From NCBI GenBank assembly GCA_030390025.1, contig CM059432.1, positions 23,252,001 to 23,316,000 on the forward strand: a stretch of DNA of 64,000 nt. Direction: 5' to 3'. Origin of the DNA: Squalus acanthias (taxonomy: Eukaryota). Positions 24,597-38,834 of the stretch are shown piece after piece. Numbering within the stretch: the first letter of the stretch is position 1; each line of letters starts with the position of its first letter. The notes beneath the pieces were generated by a model that had not been told where the DNA came from, did no database searches, and saw only the letters and a list, made by a program, of their open reading frames with translations. The position numbers were made by a program, and so were the translations under genes.

Positions 24597-27500
24597 ACCA
24601 AGACAAGAAGAGTTTGAAGAGATGAAGCACTCAGAGGCTGTTTAATTAAAATGCAACAAAAATGTAATGAGCAGCAGCCCGTACAGCGATCACTTCAAGC
24701 ACGCCTGCTGTCGGCCAGGTGTGTTTTGATATGAGTTCCTGTCCTCTGATAGGTTAACAGGAGAAGTGTACTGTATCCCAGTCGTTAAGCACACACACAG
24801 GCCCCTCCTGCAAACCCATACCAGCTCTTAATTGTGACTTAACTGTGTGGTTTTAAAGCTTTCTAACTGTACATATTTTCAAAATCTGCAGTTATTTTCC
24901 TGTATAATTGTATCTCATCTACAGTACAATCCAGTGTGACATATGTGAAATGCAATTTACATACACTAGATTATCCAGTTGTTCTGTCAGAGTTCAGTAT
25001 TGTGAATATATATATGAAGTAAAATTAATAGCAAACATGCTGATTTCCACTGCATAATTTAAAAGGAAATATATCTTCTACTGGCCCTTGAAGGGCAGTT
25101 TATTTTCACTTTGCAAAAATGATGTATGTGAGTTTTCAGTCATATTTTAATTAATAAGAGAATATTAGATTTCCTATCATTTTCTTCATGAAAATGGTAA
25201 TACCTGACCTTGCTGGTGTATTTAATATTTGTGCCTTCATTTACTCTCCAATGCTCGCTGTGTTTTTTTTAAATTCAATTTGCTCATCAAGGTGGGAGAT
25301 GTTAATGCTGAGAATGGAACTCTTCCCATTTCAAGCACCCAGTTTCCGCATCAACCACTCGCTGGTCAGGTATAGTACTGCCTGATGCAGAGTAAAGCTC
25401 ACTCTACTCTGCCCCAACAATCTGCCTAACTCCCATTTCGGAAGTGCACCCCCTATTGCACCATTTTGACTATTTATCCATCTCCCACACCAGCCATCCT
25501 GTGGCCTCTCGGAGTGAGATTGCCAAATGGTCCTCTCTGTCGTTTTGTTCCCCATTTTCTCCAAGGCACAGGTGGGCGGGGCGGGCGGGAATTGGTCCGC
25601 ATTGCTCCCGTTTAAACAGGGGCAAAAAGGTCCAATTTTGGAGTGCAACATTCCGTGCCTGATCTGTAACTGCATTACAGGCACCGCCATATTGGTAAAG
25701 GCGGCTTTTCAGGCGTCCCTGGTGGCCGCCTGAAACAAGAGTTAGGCCCCTTGAATCTGTGAGTAAGAGGCCTAACGCCTGTTTAAGGACCTCTGACGGT
25801 AATTCGTCAGTGCTGAGCGGAGCAGGCATCAGGCCTGCTCCACACAATTATTTAGTTCCTAATGGGACTGCTGGAGGCTGTCATCAAAAAAGGTGCGTAT
25901 GTTTTTTGAAACTTCCCTTTATGTGGAGCCACAGGGAGCAGGAATGCTCCTCCTGGTTCAATAGCACTACTGTGTGCCATTGTCGGTGAGCAGCTGGCCC
26001 AAATTGGTCCTCTTCTAACCGGCAAGCTGCCTTTGGATGCCCGTTTTGGTGTCTGCAGCTCACCGGCAATATGTTGATGACGCCCGAAGATGGCCCAATT
26101 TGGCACGAGCCTCGGGACTTCGGCTTCTGGCGTGCGCCACCTATTTCAGGCGGAAAATGGGCCGAGACCAATTTCTAGGCCAGTGACTCATGCTGGGTTA
26201 TGGGTCCACTTGGGGCTGGCAGCTATCTGGCACCTCGCTAAAGTAGCCATTCTTCATGTGTGAACCAGTAGGATAGTAAGTGTCAACCGCTTACTTGACC
26301 ATGGAGAGCATCACAGCCATGCAAACTCCTGCCTTCAGCTACTCGCCATCACAATGGAGTAAGAGCCCTCACTGGTTTTATTTTTCTTCCCCTCCCTAAC
26401 CAAGTGAACTTGAGGCCATTTGCAGCACTCCCAACTACTGCCCCCATGAGATCCACTTTCTCAGGACAGACCTGATCTATATAGCTTTGTACCATAATTA
26501 ACTATGCATTTACACATTGAGCCATTTGAGGCCCTTGATCACGATGATGTCTATACTTCTATTTTTAAATTAGGGTATACTTATCAGTGAAGTAATATCG
26601 TGACTGTTATTTCACTCTAATGATAAGCACAACTGCAAAGATGGAAAGGCAAGATGATCAGTCTCCTAAACCTGGAGACAAAGGAGTTGGAGCTTCTCCA
26701 TGAGAAGAAGTCTCAGTTAATAAATTATTTTGGGTTCATATCATCCAGAAATTATTATTTCATTATTCATTTTTGAGTTACTTCACACCATCCCTCAACC
26801 AGAGAGCCTGAAATATAAATGAGTTGGCCTAGTCTTTCCAGTCCCATCCCTCCAGTTTTTGTAAGAATCCTGGTGAACGGAGCCAGGAAAGTGCTCGGGG
26901 ATGCATCCTGTTGTGTCTTTACCTCCCCCCACCCGCCTCCACCTTTTCTGGAGGACAGTTCTGACGGCATGCAAAAATGCAGCTATGTTTCCCACCATGT
27001 GTTCAGGTTTAAATGCTGGACACAGGGACTGCTAGTTAGGCTGCAGCGTCCAGCATTCAGGGCTGAGCACAGGGGGCCTCAGAGGTTTAGTAATAGAGGG
27101 CCTATGCAAGTGCTTTCAGAGTATGGCCATGCACAAGTCCCATCAGCAGGAAGAGAAATTTTGATGAAAAAATTAACTTGTTCCGGCATTGCCTTCTTCC
27201 TCCCACTGCTGCTGGCCACAGCAAGTCTCCACCCCTAATCTGGCTTTATTCCTTAGTGGAAAAGGAGCGTCCTCCTCCAGCATGCCAATAACCCCCAGGC
27301 TGGAAAGTCATCTGTGGTCAGGAGGTATCTTCATTTTGGACAGAAGTCTTTCCTGGCTCTAGATGCCCCACAATTGGAAAGCCTAGGCCATTGACAAATG
27401 CTAATTGCTGTCTGAGGACTGTGATTATGCTTGGTGTATGTGAGTGTGTCATTAAAAAATATTTATTCTATAATAGTATAATACTGTATCATTGCAAAAT

Positions 27501-28638
27501 GCAATGTAATGTTGCTCACTTGATAACAGAAGATTTCTAACATGAAGTTCCAAGTCCTACATTACTAATTTGATATTCCAGCACATTATACATCATAGAT
27601 TCAGAAAACCTTCAGCTTCTGTATCGTATAGCATCTTGTAACAGAAATCCGGCACGAAGGAATTGCAAAATAAAGTTCACAAGATTTTTATTATACATAT
27701 ATATATACTGTATATATAACATAAAAATAATGTGTGCGTGTGCAAATCTATCACAACATTGCTCGTGGTGAATTGGAGGATACACTAAAGTGTGACAAGA
27801 AGGGTGATGCTTACATGAAGGGGTTACATCAATGGGGAGTAAAATTGGGCTGGGTGTAAAACGGGCAGTCGTCTCGATCCCCTCAGATTCATGCCAGCGG
27901 GTCAGGTTAACATTACCGCCAAAGTGTGCGATTATGCACAAGACTTTTCATATAGCTACATTATAGACATAGAAATATATTCTAAATCATAACCTAAGTT
28001 AAGGAGTCCAAATGTCCAGAATTGCTCTCATAATTTGATGCAATCAAAACCTCTCAATTGAATTCACGGAGCTTGTAATTTGCAGTCTGACAACTGATAC
28101 CCTCCATAAATTCAATCTTTGCTTTAAGGGAACTTTGACCACATGGGTTGATGATTTAACAAAACACAAGGCTGTGTGGATGCTTACCTAGTGGAATACA
28201 ATGAAAAGGGAATGTAGATCTTTATTATTTATCAATTAAGAGAAGAAGGGTGCTTCAATGAACATATAAGAACTACATAACCTTCCCGTCAAATGTATAA
28301 ATTGTTGAGGTAGCAGTAAATAGCATTGTATATGTTTATCAACAAAAACACACTCAAAGCTGATATATTTTGCCTAAGAAATAATATCTGAATATTTTAT
28401 TAACCCTGAGTGAAAACTCTTATGTGCTGGGTATATTCACATTTTTTGGAAAGAAGTATTACATTAAAACGTGTTTACATGTACTGTTGGGCTGAGCAGT
28501 GAATCAAACTCCCCAGAACTGGGTGAAGACCATTTTCTGCACACCCTCCTATCGTCATGCGTCTACAGGTTTTGTTTGCCATGTCTTGCCATTAAGGCTG
28601 TCTCTGCGACGGCACAAGGAAGATACTCTGGAGATTCA

Positions 28639-28813
28639 GGGGCTAATTTTCACTTGCGGCGATGGCAGTGACGAAAAAATAGCGGGAGAAGATTGGCCGC
28701 CCGCTATACACCACGCCTGATTTTCCTTTCGATTGAAGTCAATGAAAAGGAAAATTGGAAGCCAATCCACCACCAGTATTTTTCCACCACTGCTGCAAGT
28801 GAAAATCGGCTCC
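28639..28813. mobile_element. Short palindromic MITE (~175 bp)
   Basis: GGGGCTAATTTTCACTTGCGGC vs GCTGCAAGTGAAAATCGGCTCC inverted termini; similar small elements near 30200-30390, 47294-47411 and 58720-58840. Confidence 0.6.
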
Positions 28814-30644
28814 TCTGAGGATTCAATCCTTGGCACTTGAGTGGGTCCGCAGTTCCTCAGCATTGTGTTCTATCCTTCGCTTCTCCCTTTAGCACTGTTT
28901 CCCTTTTTTGTTGTGATCGATGACGGACCCGACATGCCAAAATTGCCATACAAACAATACCAACATAAGAGTTTTCACCATGGGACCAGAGACTGATTAC
29001 AGCGTGGTTGTTAAATTATTTTTAAAAATGAGATTTATCTTTTATTACTGTGTTTTTTTGGGGTTTGCAACATTTTTAAAAGATGCCGACCTTCAAAGGA
29101 AGAGCAGTTCACTGTGATGCTTCCTTTTGCTTATCCCAGAATGAGATTTTTCTTTTTTTGCAGATGTATCTCATGGTGCTATTTCTTGAACACTTTTGTC
29201 GCCTGTGTAGAATTATTGTTTGAGTATGTACATGGATGTGTATAAAGTATAGTGTATGAGTGATGAGAAGCGCACTACTGTAGCATTATTGATGCATGAA
29301 CCACTTTTTAAAAACTGTTTGACCCTTGTGGGGGGAAGGGCTTGATTTTAAACCCCTCGGCCGAGCGGGGACAGGGCTGAAAAATGCAGCACAGCACTTA
29401 CCACCTTGTTCCCGCCGACATCTGGGCTGCCATCATTCTGGTGGGGTCCTTGAAATGGAAGGCCCAGGCTGAAGCTTTATTAGCTTATGACGTTAGTAGA
29501 ACACCTCTGCAATTTTGAGATACCAATGGGCAGAGCGAGCACCACACACTTGGCCCCGAGCAGCCTAACCAGTGGTCCTTAACAGAAACCGCTGTAGGCC
29601 ACTCAGGAAAAGGGCTGTAAATGACATTTGAGAGGTCAGGATGCGTATTAATGGTCTTCCTGGCCCCACTAAAATCCTCCCTTGTCCTGCCCAACCCTTC
29701 ATGCTCTTCTCCCAGGATTCCCACCCCTCGCTTTAACATACCTGGACTGCCTGGGTTCCACAGTGAAGCCGCTGGATTTACAAGCCCCGCCAATTAATGA
29801 GCTGCTCAAAATGCCCCAGCAGCTCATCAACAGAATGTTAATGAGGCCCAAACATAAAAATTGCTTGGGCTTCTCACCGGTGACATCAGGCGGGCAGCGG
29901 GCACCCACCCAATGTCTGCTGAAGCCAAAAGTCGGCCCTTTGAGACTCTTGTATGTATATTTAATATATTTGGATGCTCTGCATGAAATTTAACTCAAAG
30001 CCCAGCTTTCTGTAAGCTCCTCCAAAATTTACGGAATTTTCCTCCTGATGTTTCACATCGATGTTGCTCCAAACAGATTTTTGGAGGCTTTAGAAAAACA
30101 ATAAAATAAATATATAATATTCTTTCATAATTCACCTTTTAGTCTCTTTAGTTTAACAACTAAATGTGTAGATGAGGACAAAGATGGGAATGGGAAGCTA
30201 GTGGTTTCTACAAAAACGTTAACTGATGGTGTAAAATGGGCGACATTGAATTAGCCGCCCACTATACACGATACCTGGATTTCTTTTCCATTGAATTCAA
30301 TAGAATGACAAATCGGGCTGGGTGAATAATGGGTAGGCCAATTCGAAATCGCTCATTTTACATCAGTATTCAACGTTAAAAGTACCCCAGTTGAGTCTGG
30401 AGTTGACAAATATATGAACCTAGAATTACATAGAATTTACAGAACAGGAACAGGAACAGGCCATTCGGACCAGTGGGTCTATGCCAATGTTTATGCTCCA
30501 CTTGAGCACCCTCCCACTCTATTTACTTCATCTCACCCTATCAACATATCAACGTCTCCCGTAGTGTTGCTCATCAAGGTAAATGTGTTGTTTATTGTTT
30601 GAAGACGCCATATTTTTACTTCAGTTTTCATAAAAAGGATTGAA

Positions 30645-31236
30645 AGCCTAGAAATTGGAAAGCAAACTGGGCACAGGGAACAATCCCTACTCCGGAATGG
30701 GTAGGCCCCCATATTGGGCCTTGAGCCATATTTACATGAGACCGACAAGCTGTAGACACCCGCTGGGTGTCCTCGGGCATACTCGCCGATGAAGAGGATT
30801 TCAATTTCAGGCCATTTCATCGCTGGTAGCGGCCTTCAGGTAGGTCCTGGGAGAGGGTGTCAATCAGGAGAGGGGGCAAGCGATTGGGGGGCAGGGGTGC
30901 AACTGGGAGATGGGTGGGAAAGCGATTGGGAGGCAGGGGTGCGACTGGGAGAAGGGTGGGAAAGCGATTGGGAGTAAGGGGTGCGACTGGGAGATGGGGG
31001 GAAAGCGACTGGGAGGCAGGGGAGCAGCAATCATCGGAGAAAGGTGGGAAGCGATTGGTAAGGGAGTGGGCGATGATTGGTGAGGGAGGGGTCAGTGATC
31101 ATGAGTGGAAGGGGCAGAGATCGGGAGAGTGTGGTAGCAATCGGATGAGGTAGGGACAAGGATTGGGAGAGGGAGGGACAAGGATTGGCAGCGGAAGGAG
31201 CAATTGGGAAAGGGAGGGGGCAGCAATTTCTAGGCC
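30645..31236. mobile_element. MITE with an internal G-rich ~42-bp tandem repeat
   Basis: TIR GCCTAGAAATTG / CAATTTCTAGGC; internal repeats of gcgattgggaggcaggggtgcgactgggaga. Confidence 0.6.
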
Positions 31237-33881
31237 AAAATGTTTAAAAAGGCCTTTCAATAAAATTGAAATGAAATCTTTCTGTTGAAATCCAACTAAA
31301 AGAGATTCCCAAAGGATTGAGCATGACAAATCGGAGGGAACGTGGCTATATTTGTTCAAAAGGAACAAACTGTTTTAGAAAAAGAGATGATTTTGTATCA
31401 CAAGGTACAACTGAAGCTATTTGGGTACAGGTGCATCAAGCTATTAGCCCAAAATTGATCACTGGAACCTATTATAGGCCTCTAGGTCAAAGGGCCCTCT
31501 ATGATGAGACACTCTGGGCACAAATTACAAGGGCAATTGAATTAGGTGATGACTGTGTAATGGGGAATTTTAAGGGGGTGAATTTCCATGGGGGTTCTCT
31601 CACTCGTCCATCAGAACTTTGGCAGAAGAGCCGCATAAACACCATTGACATCAGTTTCCTGGGACTCTTCCACTGACGGTACTGCGGATGATCAGGAGAA
31701 GCCACACAGAAATTCATCCCCTAATTTCCCAGGCATTCACTGGTCCAGTGGTGCTCCATCTAGTATTAAGGGCAGGATAGCTGAAAGATTTGTAAAAAAA
31801 AAACTTGACTGTTTCCTTACCCATGTTAGGGGTAATTGGGTACTAGATTAATTTATAGTTGTAACTTAATCAGCCAAACCAAACCTACTGTAAATTTAAT
31901 GCTAATATCAGATTTAAGAGGGCTAGATTTGCAAAGATGGCAAATAATTTGATCCACTTTAATTGAGAAGTCCTACGCATGAGGACATTAGCAACATGGA
32001 AGAAAAATGGAATGCTTTCAAATGATCCTTATGCAAAATTTATGTTCTTAGAGTATGGTAAAGCAAAGCTAAATTGGTTAACGGGACATGTTCAAAAAAA
32101 AATTAGACTTAAAGAGAAATATTTGTACAGGCTTAAAGAAGAGAAGAAAAAAAGGAACTTGCATTTATACAGCACTATTCATAGCCTCAGGATGCTCCAA
32201 CATGGTTTTTAATGCCAATTAAATACCTTTGAAGTGCTAATGTAGGGAAACGTAGCAGCCTGTTGGCACACAGCTAGGTCCTACAAGCAGTAATCAGCTA
32301 ACTGCCCAGTTAATCTGTTTTGGTGATGCTGGTTGAGGGATAAATATTGGCCAGGACACCGGGGAGAACTCACCTCATCCTCTTCGAACAATGTAATGGA
32401 ATCTCTTACATCCACCTGAGAGGTGGATGGTTGAACATTTCATCTAAAAGACTCCCTCAGTACTGACTGAAGAAAATCGTTATCAAGAGAACAGGGATAT
32501 GCATTGATCTCATCAGCAGGCAATGAAAGCTGCTATCAGGGCAACCAACAGGACACTGAAGAAGATGACAGTGGATAGTTGTTGGGAGTAAGACCCATAA
32601 GCGTCATGAATGACAATAATAAGGGAAATATGACAAAATCTTTCCATGCTCAAAAGACAGATGGGTACGAAATCTTTAAAAATAATACAATGGAATCTTT
32701 CTCTATTTCTCTACTGAGCAAGCTTTCAAGAAGCTTGCTGCAAACAGCTCAGAACGATGTAAAGCTTCCAATCTTCTGTGAAACTGTGGAAGGCTGATGA
32801 GCACGTTTAAAAAAACAGCCATTTTGAAGCCGCTTTGTGATGTCATCCCTAGCACCACATTTGTTACTTCCACTGGTTGGTTGTTCACACAGACACAGAA
32901 GGTTTAAAGCAAATGTCATTGTTCAAAAAGTGATACTCAAGGGGCCACTGAGCAGGTGCTACGACAGACCAATGATGCGTGAGATTTTTCAATTGCATTG
33001 TAGTTACTGACCAATCACAAATGTCATTGTTCAAACTTGTTTTGTGTATTGTTTGTAGTTTGTAGGTCCTGGGAGGTTTGTCTATCTTAAGTCCCATTAT
33101 TTTCTCCATTGCCATTTTTACTGATATTGCATCTCTCAGTTCCTCCCCACTGACTTATTTTTAGGTTCCTCTGTATTGCTGATATTTTGTCCCCTTCCTC
33201 CACTGTGAAAACAGATACAAAGTATTAATTTTAACAAGTCTGCCAATTCCTTACTATCCATTGTAGTCTCGCATATATCTGTCTTTAATTGGCCCTCATT
33301 CCCCTTTACCACTCTCTTTCCCTTAATATATATTATATAAACTTTTGCTGTTAGCTTTAATATGACTTGAAAGTTGTCATTTTTTGCACCTCTTTTTACT
33401 TTCTTTGTATCCCTATGTTGCTTTTTATAGCTCGCCTAGTTTGCTGGATTTCCACTTTTCCTTGCATTTGTGTAAGCCTTTTCTTTTAGCTTGAAATGGA
33501 TACCTCATTTGTTAATCATGGTTGCTTAACTCCACAAGTGGAGTCTTTGCCTTTTAGGGGTATGTACTTATTTTGTATCATACCAAATACTTCTTGTTAG
33601 CAAAATTGAAGCCCATGGGATTAAAGGGATAATGGCAGTGTGGATACAAAATTGGCTAAGGGACAGAAAGCAGAGATTAGTGGTGAGCGGTTGTTTTTCA
33701 GACTGGAGGGAAGTATATAGTTGTGCTCCCCAGGGGTCAGTATTAGGACCACTGCTCTTTTTGATATATATTAATGACGTGACTTGGATGTACTGGGCAC
33801 AAATTCAAAGTTTGCAGATGTCACAAAACTTGGAAATGTAGTAAACGATGAGGAGGATAGTAACAGACTTCAAACGGACAT

Positions 33882-36659
33882 TAATCCCCTCCCCCTTTTC
33901 CCAGCTTTACTCTGGCCTTAAATCTATTTGATTTCCGGCTCTTCACAGTTCTGACGAAAGGTCATCGACCTGAAACGTTAACTCTCTTTCTCTCTCCACG
34001 GATGCTGCCTGGCCTGCTGAGTTTTTCCAGCGTTTTCTGTTGTTATTTCAGATTTCCAGCATCCGCAGTATTTTGCTATCATAATAAAAAAAAATGCTGG
34101 AAATGCTCAGCAGGTCTGGCAACATCTGTGGAGAGAGAGACAGAGTTAACGTTTCAGGTCGATGACCTTTTGTCAAAACTGGAAAAAGTTAGAGATATAA
34201 CAGGTTTTAAGCAAGTGCAGAGGCAGGGAAAGGGGGGAGGGGAGGAAAGAACAAAAGGGAAGGTCTGTGATAGGGTGGAAGACAGGAGAGATTAAATGAC
34301 AAAAGGTATGATTGTACAAAGCAAAAGGAGATGGTAATAGGACAAGTGAAGAAACAAAAGATGGGTCTAGAGGAGGTGTAAATGGGAATAGCAGATTCAT
34401 CAACAACAGCTGCCGTCCAAAAAAATGGGGGCAGAGGTTATGGTCTGAAATTGTGAAACTCAATGTTGAGTCCAGAAAACTGTAAAGTGCCTAATCGAAA
34501 AAGGTGCTGTTCCTCGAGCTTACACTAAGCTTTATTGGAACAGTGTAGGAGGCCAAGGACAGAGAGGTCAGTGTTATAGTGGAGCGGAGAATTAAAGTGA
34601 CAGGCAACCGGAAGCTCAGGGTCACATTTGGGGACTGAACGAAGGTGTTCTGCAAAGTGGTCACCCAATCTGTATTTGGTCTCCCCAATGTAGAGGAGAC
34701 CGCATCGTGAGCAGCGAATACAGTATACTAAATTGCAAGAAGTACAAGTAAATCGCCGTTTCACCGGGAAGGAGTGTTTGGGGCCCTGGACGGTGGAAAG
34801 GGAGGAGGTAAAAGGGCAGGTGTTGCATCTCCTGCGCTTGCACGCGAAGGTGCCATGGTAATGGGAGGGGGTGTTGGGGGTGATTGAGGAGTGAGCCAGG
34901 GTGTCACGGAGGGAACAGTCCCTTCGGAATGCTGAAAGGGGTGGGGAAGATGTGTTTGGTGGTGGGATCACGCTGGAGGTGGCGGAAATGACGGAGAATA
35001 ATCCAGTTTCTCTGTTCCGTCTCATCTGTTCTGATGATGGCACTTTCCATTACTAGTGCTTCCGATATGTCTTCCTTTTTCCTCAACCGAGGATTCCGCT
35101 TCCACCGTGGTTGACAGGGCCCTCGACCATGTCTGTTCCACTTCTGCCCTCACCCCTTCCCCTCCCTCCCAGAACCATGATAGGGTTCCCCTTGTCCGCA
35201 CCTTCCACCCCACCAGCCTGCACATTTAACGAATCGTCCTCTGATATTTCCACCACCTCCAGTGTGATCCCACCACCAAACATATCTTTTCCTCCCCTCA
35301 CAATGCAGTCTCCTCTACATTGGGGAGACCAAACGCAGACTGGGTGACCACTTTGCAGAACACCTTCATTCAGTCCTCAGGCATGATCCTGAGCTTCCGG
35401 TCGCCTGTCACTTTAATTCTCCACTCCACTCCCACACTGACCTCAGCCTCCTACACTGTTTCAATGGGCTGGATTTTCAATGACCCATGGAGTCGGGTTT
35501 GGAGGCGTGTGGGGGGTTAAAGTTGCGGGGTCGGGGGTCCCGACCCCATCCCGCCTCCACGCAATTTTGACAAAATCGGTCGCGGGGTTTCCGACTCCGT
35601 CCCGCCTCCAAGAGGCAGGAAAGGTCATTAAAGCCCTTAACAAGCCCTAAATTGGCTCTGTAATGCCATTTTGAAACGTTTTAGCTAGTTTAACCCTTTT
35701 CCCACGTGAAGTACGCCTGATGTGAAACACGCCAGTGAAACCTGGCGTGAGCACAAGTGGATAGCTGACTATCAGCTGCAGGTCCACTATTACAACGGAG
35801 ATGTGATGAAGGTAGTAGTAGTATTGTTTATTAGGTCTGAAAGTCGCCTCTGATGCTGCTGCATTGAATGTCTTCAGAGACTGCCTGGGAGGACTTGGTC
35901 TCTCTCTCTCTCTCTCCTGCTCATTTTGCATCCAGGTCCACTCACAGCAAAGGCCAGGCACTCTCTGAGACCAGGCAGGCAGTCTCTGACCTGCAATGAT
36001 GACATCATCAGAGGCGACTTTCAGACTGAAACCACTAATTGATTCATGGGTTCCCACATGCTAGAACTCAATTGCCCAATTAAGTGAAAATTGCATCATT
36101 CATCCACATTAATCTGCAGTCGGGGGGGCAACACAAAATGCGGGTAACACGACCCCAACACGACCCCAAGACAAAATCCAGCCCAATGAATCTCAACGTA
36201 AGCTCAAGGAACAACACCTCATCTTTCAATTAGGCGCTTTACAGCCTTCTGGATTCAACATTGAGTTCAACAATTTCAGATTTTCGGACGGCAGCTATTG
36301 CTGATGATTCTGATATTCCCATTTACACCTCCTCTAGACCCATCTTTTGATTCTTCACTTGTCCCATTACCATCTTCTTTTGCTTTGTACAATCATACCT
36401 TTTGCCATTTAATCTCTCCTACCTTCCACCCTATCATCGGCCTTCCCTTTTGTTCTTTCCTCCCCTCACCCTTTTCCCTGCCTCTGCACTCGCTTGAAAC
36501 CTGTTATATTTCTAACCTTTTCCAGTTCTGACGAAAGGTCATCGACCTGAAACGTTAACTCTGTTTCTCTCTCCACAGATGCTGCCTGACCTGCTGAGTG
36601 TTTCCAGCATTTTCTGTTGTTATTTCAGATTTCCAGCATCCACGGTATTTGGTTTGTTT
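33882..36659. mobile_element. Penelope-like retroelement (GIY-YIG endonuclease) made of inverted partial copies
   Basis: CNTC...[36 protein letters not shown]...VACHFN on minus (34525-35043); plus-strand copy at about 35000-36659; flanking duplication ttcaaacggacat / ttcaaaaggacat of the host CR1. Confidence 0.85.
35466..36184. mobile_element. Harbinger-type MITE (719 bp) inserted into the Penelope element
   Basis: Perfect 12-bp TIR GGGCTGGATTTT / AAAATCCAGCCC; TSD AAT/AAT; the empty site is visible in the Penelope copy near 55540 (tgttccaatgaagctcaacg). Confidence 0.88.
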
Positions 36660-37939
36660 TTCAAAAGGACATAGACAGACTGGTAAAATGGGCAGACATA
36701 TGGCAGATTAAATTTAACATATAGTGTGAAGTGATACATTTTGGTAGGAAGAATGAGAGAAGGCAATATGAACTGAATGGTACAATTTTAAAGGAGGTGC
36801 AAGAACAGGGAGACTGATGGTGTATGTACACAAATCTTCCTTGGCTTTATTAATAGAGGCCTAGAATACAAAAAGCAAGGAATTTATGCTAAAACTTTAT
36901 AAAACACTGTTTAGGCCTCAGCTGGCATATTGTGTCCAATTCTGGGCACCACACTTTAGAAAGGGTGTCAAGGCCTTAGAGAAGGTGCAGAGGGATGAGG
37001 AACTTCAGTTGTGTGGTGAGACTGGAAAAGCTGGGGTTGTTCTCCTTAGAGCAGGGGAGGTTAAGAGGAGATTTGATAGAGTTGTTCAAAATCATGAACA
37101 GTTTTGATAGAGTAAATAAGAAGAAACTGTTTCCAGTGGTAGAAGGGTCAGTAACCAAAGGACACAGAGTTAAGGTGATTGGCAAAAGAACCAGAGGCGA
37201 CATGAGGAAACATTTTATTTTTACACAGCAAGTTGTTGTGATCTGGGATGCACTGCCTGAAAGGGTGGTGGAAGCAGATTCAATAGTAATTTTCAAAAGA
37301 GAATTGGATAAATATTTGAATGGAAAACATTTGCAGGGCTATGGGGAAAGAGCACAGGAGTGGGACTAGTTGGATAGCTCTTTCAAAGAGCCAGCACAGG
37401 CATGATGGGCCAAATGGCTTCCTTCTGTTCTGTATCATTCTATGATTCTATGAGTACCTCCCAGCGTTTGTCTGTAGGTTTATCCATCAACAGTTCAACC
37501 CAATTTACTGCAGGTTAATTCATTTCTCAACTCTTCGAATTTGCCTTACTTAAATTTCAAACTTTGGTTTGTTACTCTCCTTTCTCCCTCTTCAATCATA
37601 TCATGGTCACTATTTGCAAGATGCTCCCTTATCATCAGATTGTTAACTGGTTTACTGTCCGGGCAAGGGTCAATATAGTACAAACAAGATTTTAAAGACG
37701 GGATAAGAGCTGCCAGTCTTGTAGCAGATAATACGGAAGCTGTGCAAACAGACAACCTCAGCTTAAACCATAAAACAAGGCCAGACATTAAATGAGTCAC
37801 ACACACAGGTAGAACAAATCAGAGACATAGAACGATAGGGTTGTGGGAGACCATAGCTGCAGGAAAGCAGAAGAAGGAATTAAACAATGCAAAGATTAGA
37901 AGTTGCAGCCTCAGCTTTACTAAAGTTTCCGTAATAGCC

Positions 37940-38834
37940 TTGCCTATGGCTCACCAACCATGACCCAAAGGCCAGTGGGAGAACTTACAAATAGACTTTA
38001 CAGGACCTTTACCCAATAGTCAAGGGAAAACATACTGCCTGGTAGTAATAGACCAATTCACCCGATGGATGGAGGTATTCCCCACCCGAGACTGTAGCGC
38101 CAGAACGGTAGCCCGAATATTCGCATGCGATATTATTCCTAGATGGGGAATCCCCCTACAAATAGACTCGGATCAAGGTACGCACTTCACAGGGAAGGTC
38201 ATGAAGGAAGCCTGTCAGTTATTAGGCATCCAACAGCGATTCCACATCCCCTACCATCCTCAGAGTTCAGGGATGGTTGAACGAATGAACCGTACACTAA
38301 AAATCGCCATAGGCAAGGCTATTACGGAAACCGGACGGGGATGGGTGGACGTACTCCCCTGTATATTAATGCGACTTCGGGCGACACCCAACCGAACCAC
38401 TGGACTGACACCATACGAACTCATGACCGGACGTGCTATGTGCTTACCAGAAGGGATATCAACCGGGAGCGAGGACTTAGGACCAATAAGGGATCACATA
38501 CAAAATTATGTGCGCCTTTTGGATGATCAATTACGGGGTTTGCGTCAAGAAGTAAAAGAGCAGCAGGCCATCAAAGGATCAGGAGACCCAGAACAAAGGA
38601 CTGGGGGAACCTGTACCACAGGTGGGGGAACGCGTGTTTGTCCAGGTAATACCAGGTAAAACCGGGTTCGCGCCTAGATGGGTCGGACCCTATGAGATAA
38701 TAATGACCAGTGACACCTGTGCCTGTGTGGATATGAGAGGGAAGGGTAGGTGGAAACATTGGACACAACTAAAACGGTATAAGAACAAAGAGGAGGATGA
38801 GATTAACGACATGTCGCAAGCATGCCAACAATAG
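37940..38834 (+). mobile_element. Endogenous retrovirus pol fragment (integrase core plus GPY/F C-terminal domain), disrupted
   Basis: WENLQIDFTGPLP...IDSDQGTHFT...YHPQSSGMVERMN gives the D,D(35)E triad, followed by APRWVGPYEI...W.HWTQLK. In-frame TGA at 37961 and a +1 frameshift near 38576. No gag, RT or LTR seen. Confidence 0.9.

Larger units (their letters stand above)
33110..37660 (-). mobile_element. Old minus-strand CR1 fragment split by a plus-strand CR1 (about 33595-37452)
   Basis: The minus-strand halves rejoin as ...WEVL/(KE)VFGMIQNKYIPLKGK. The plus-strand CR1 has an RT remnant and a (TTCTATGA) tail ending near 37452. Confidence 0.75.

Noticed and set aside
18242..24630. Gly/Pro-rich antisense ORFs (18242-18487, 20071-20277, 24385-24630)
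   Set aside because: Reverse-complement artefacts of the collagen exons on the + strand.
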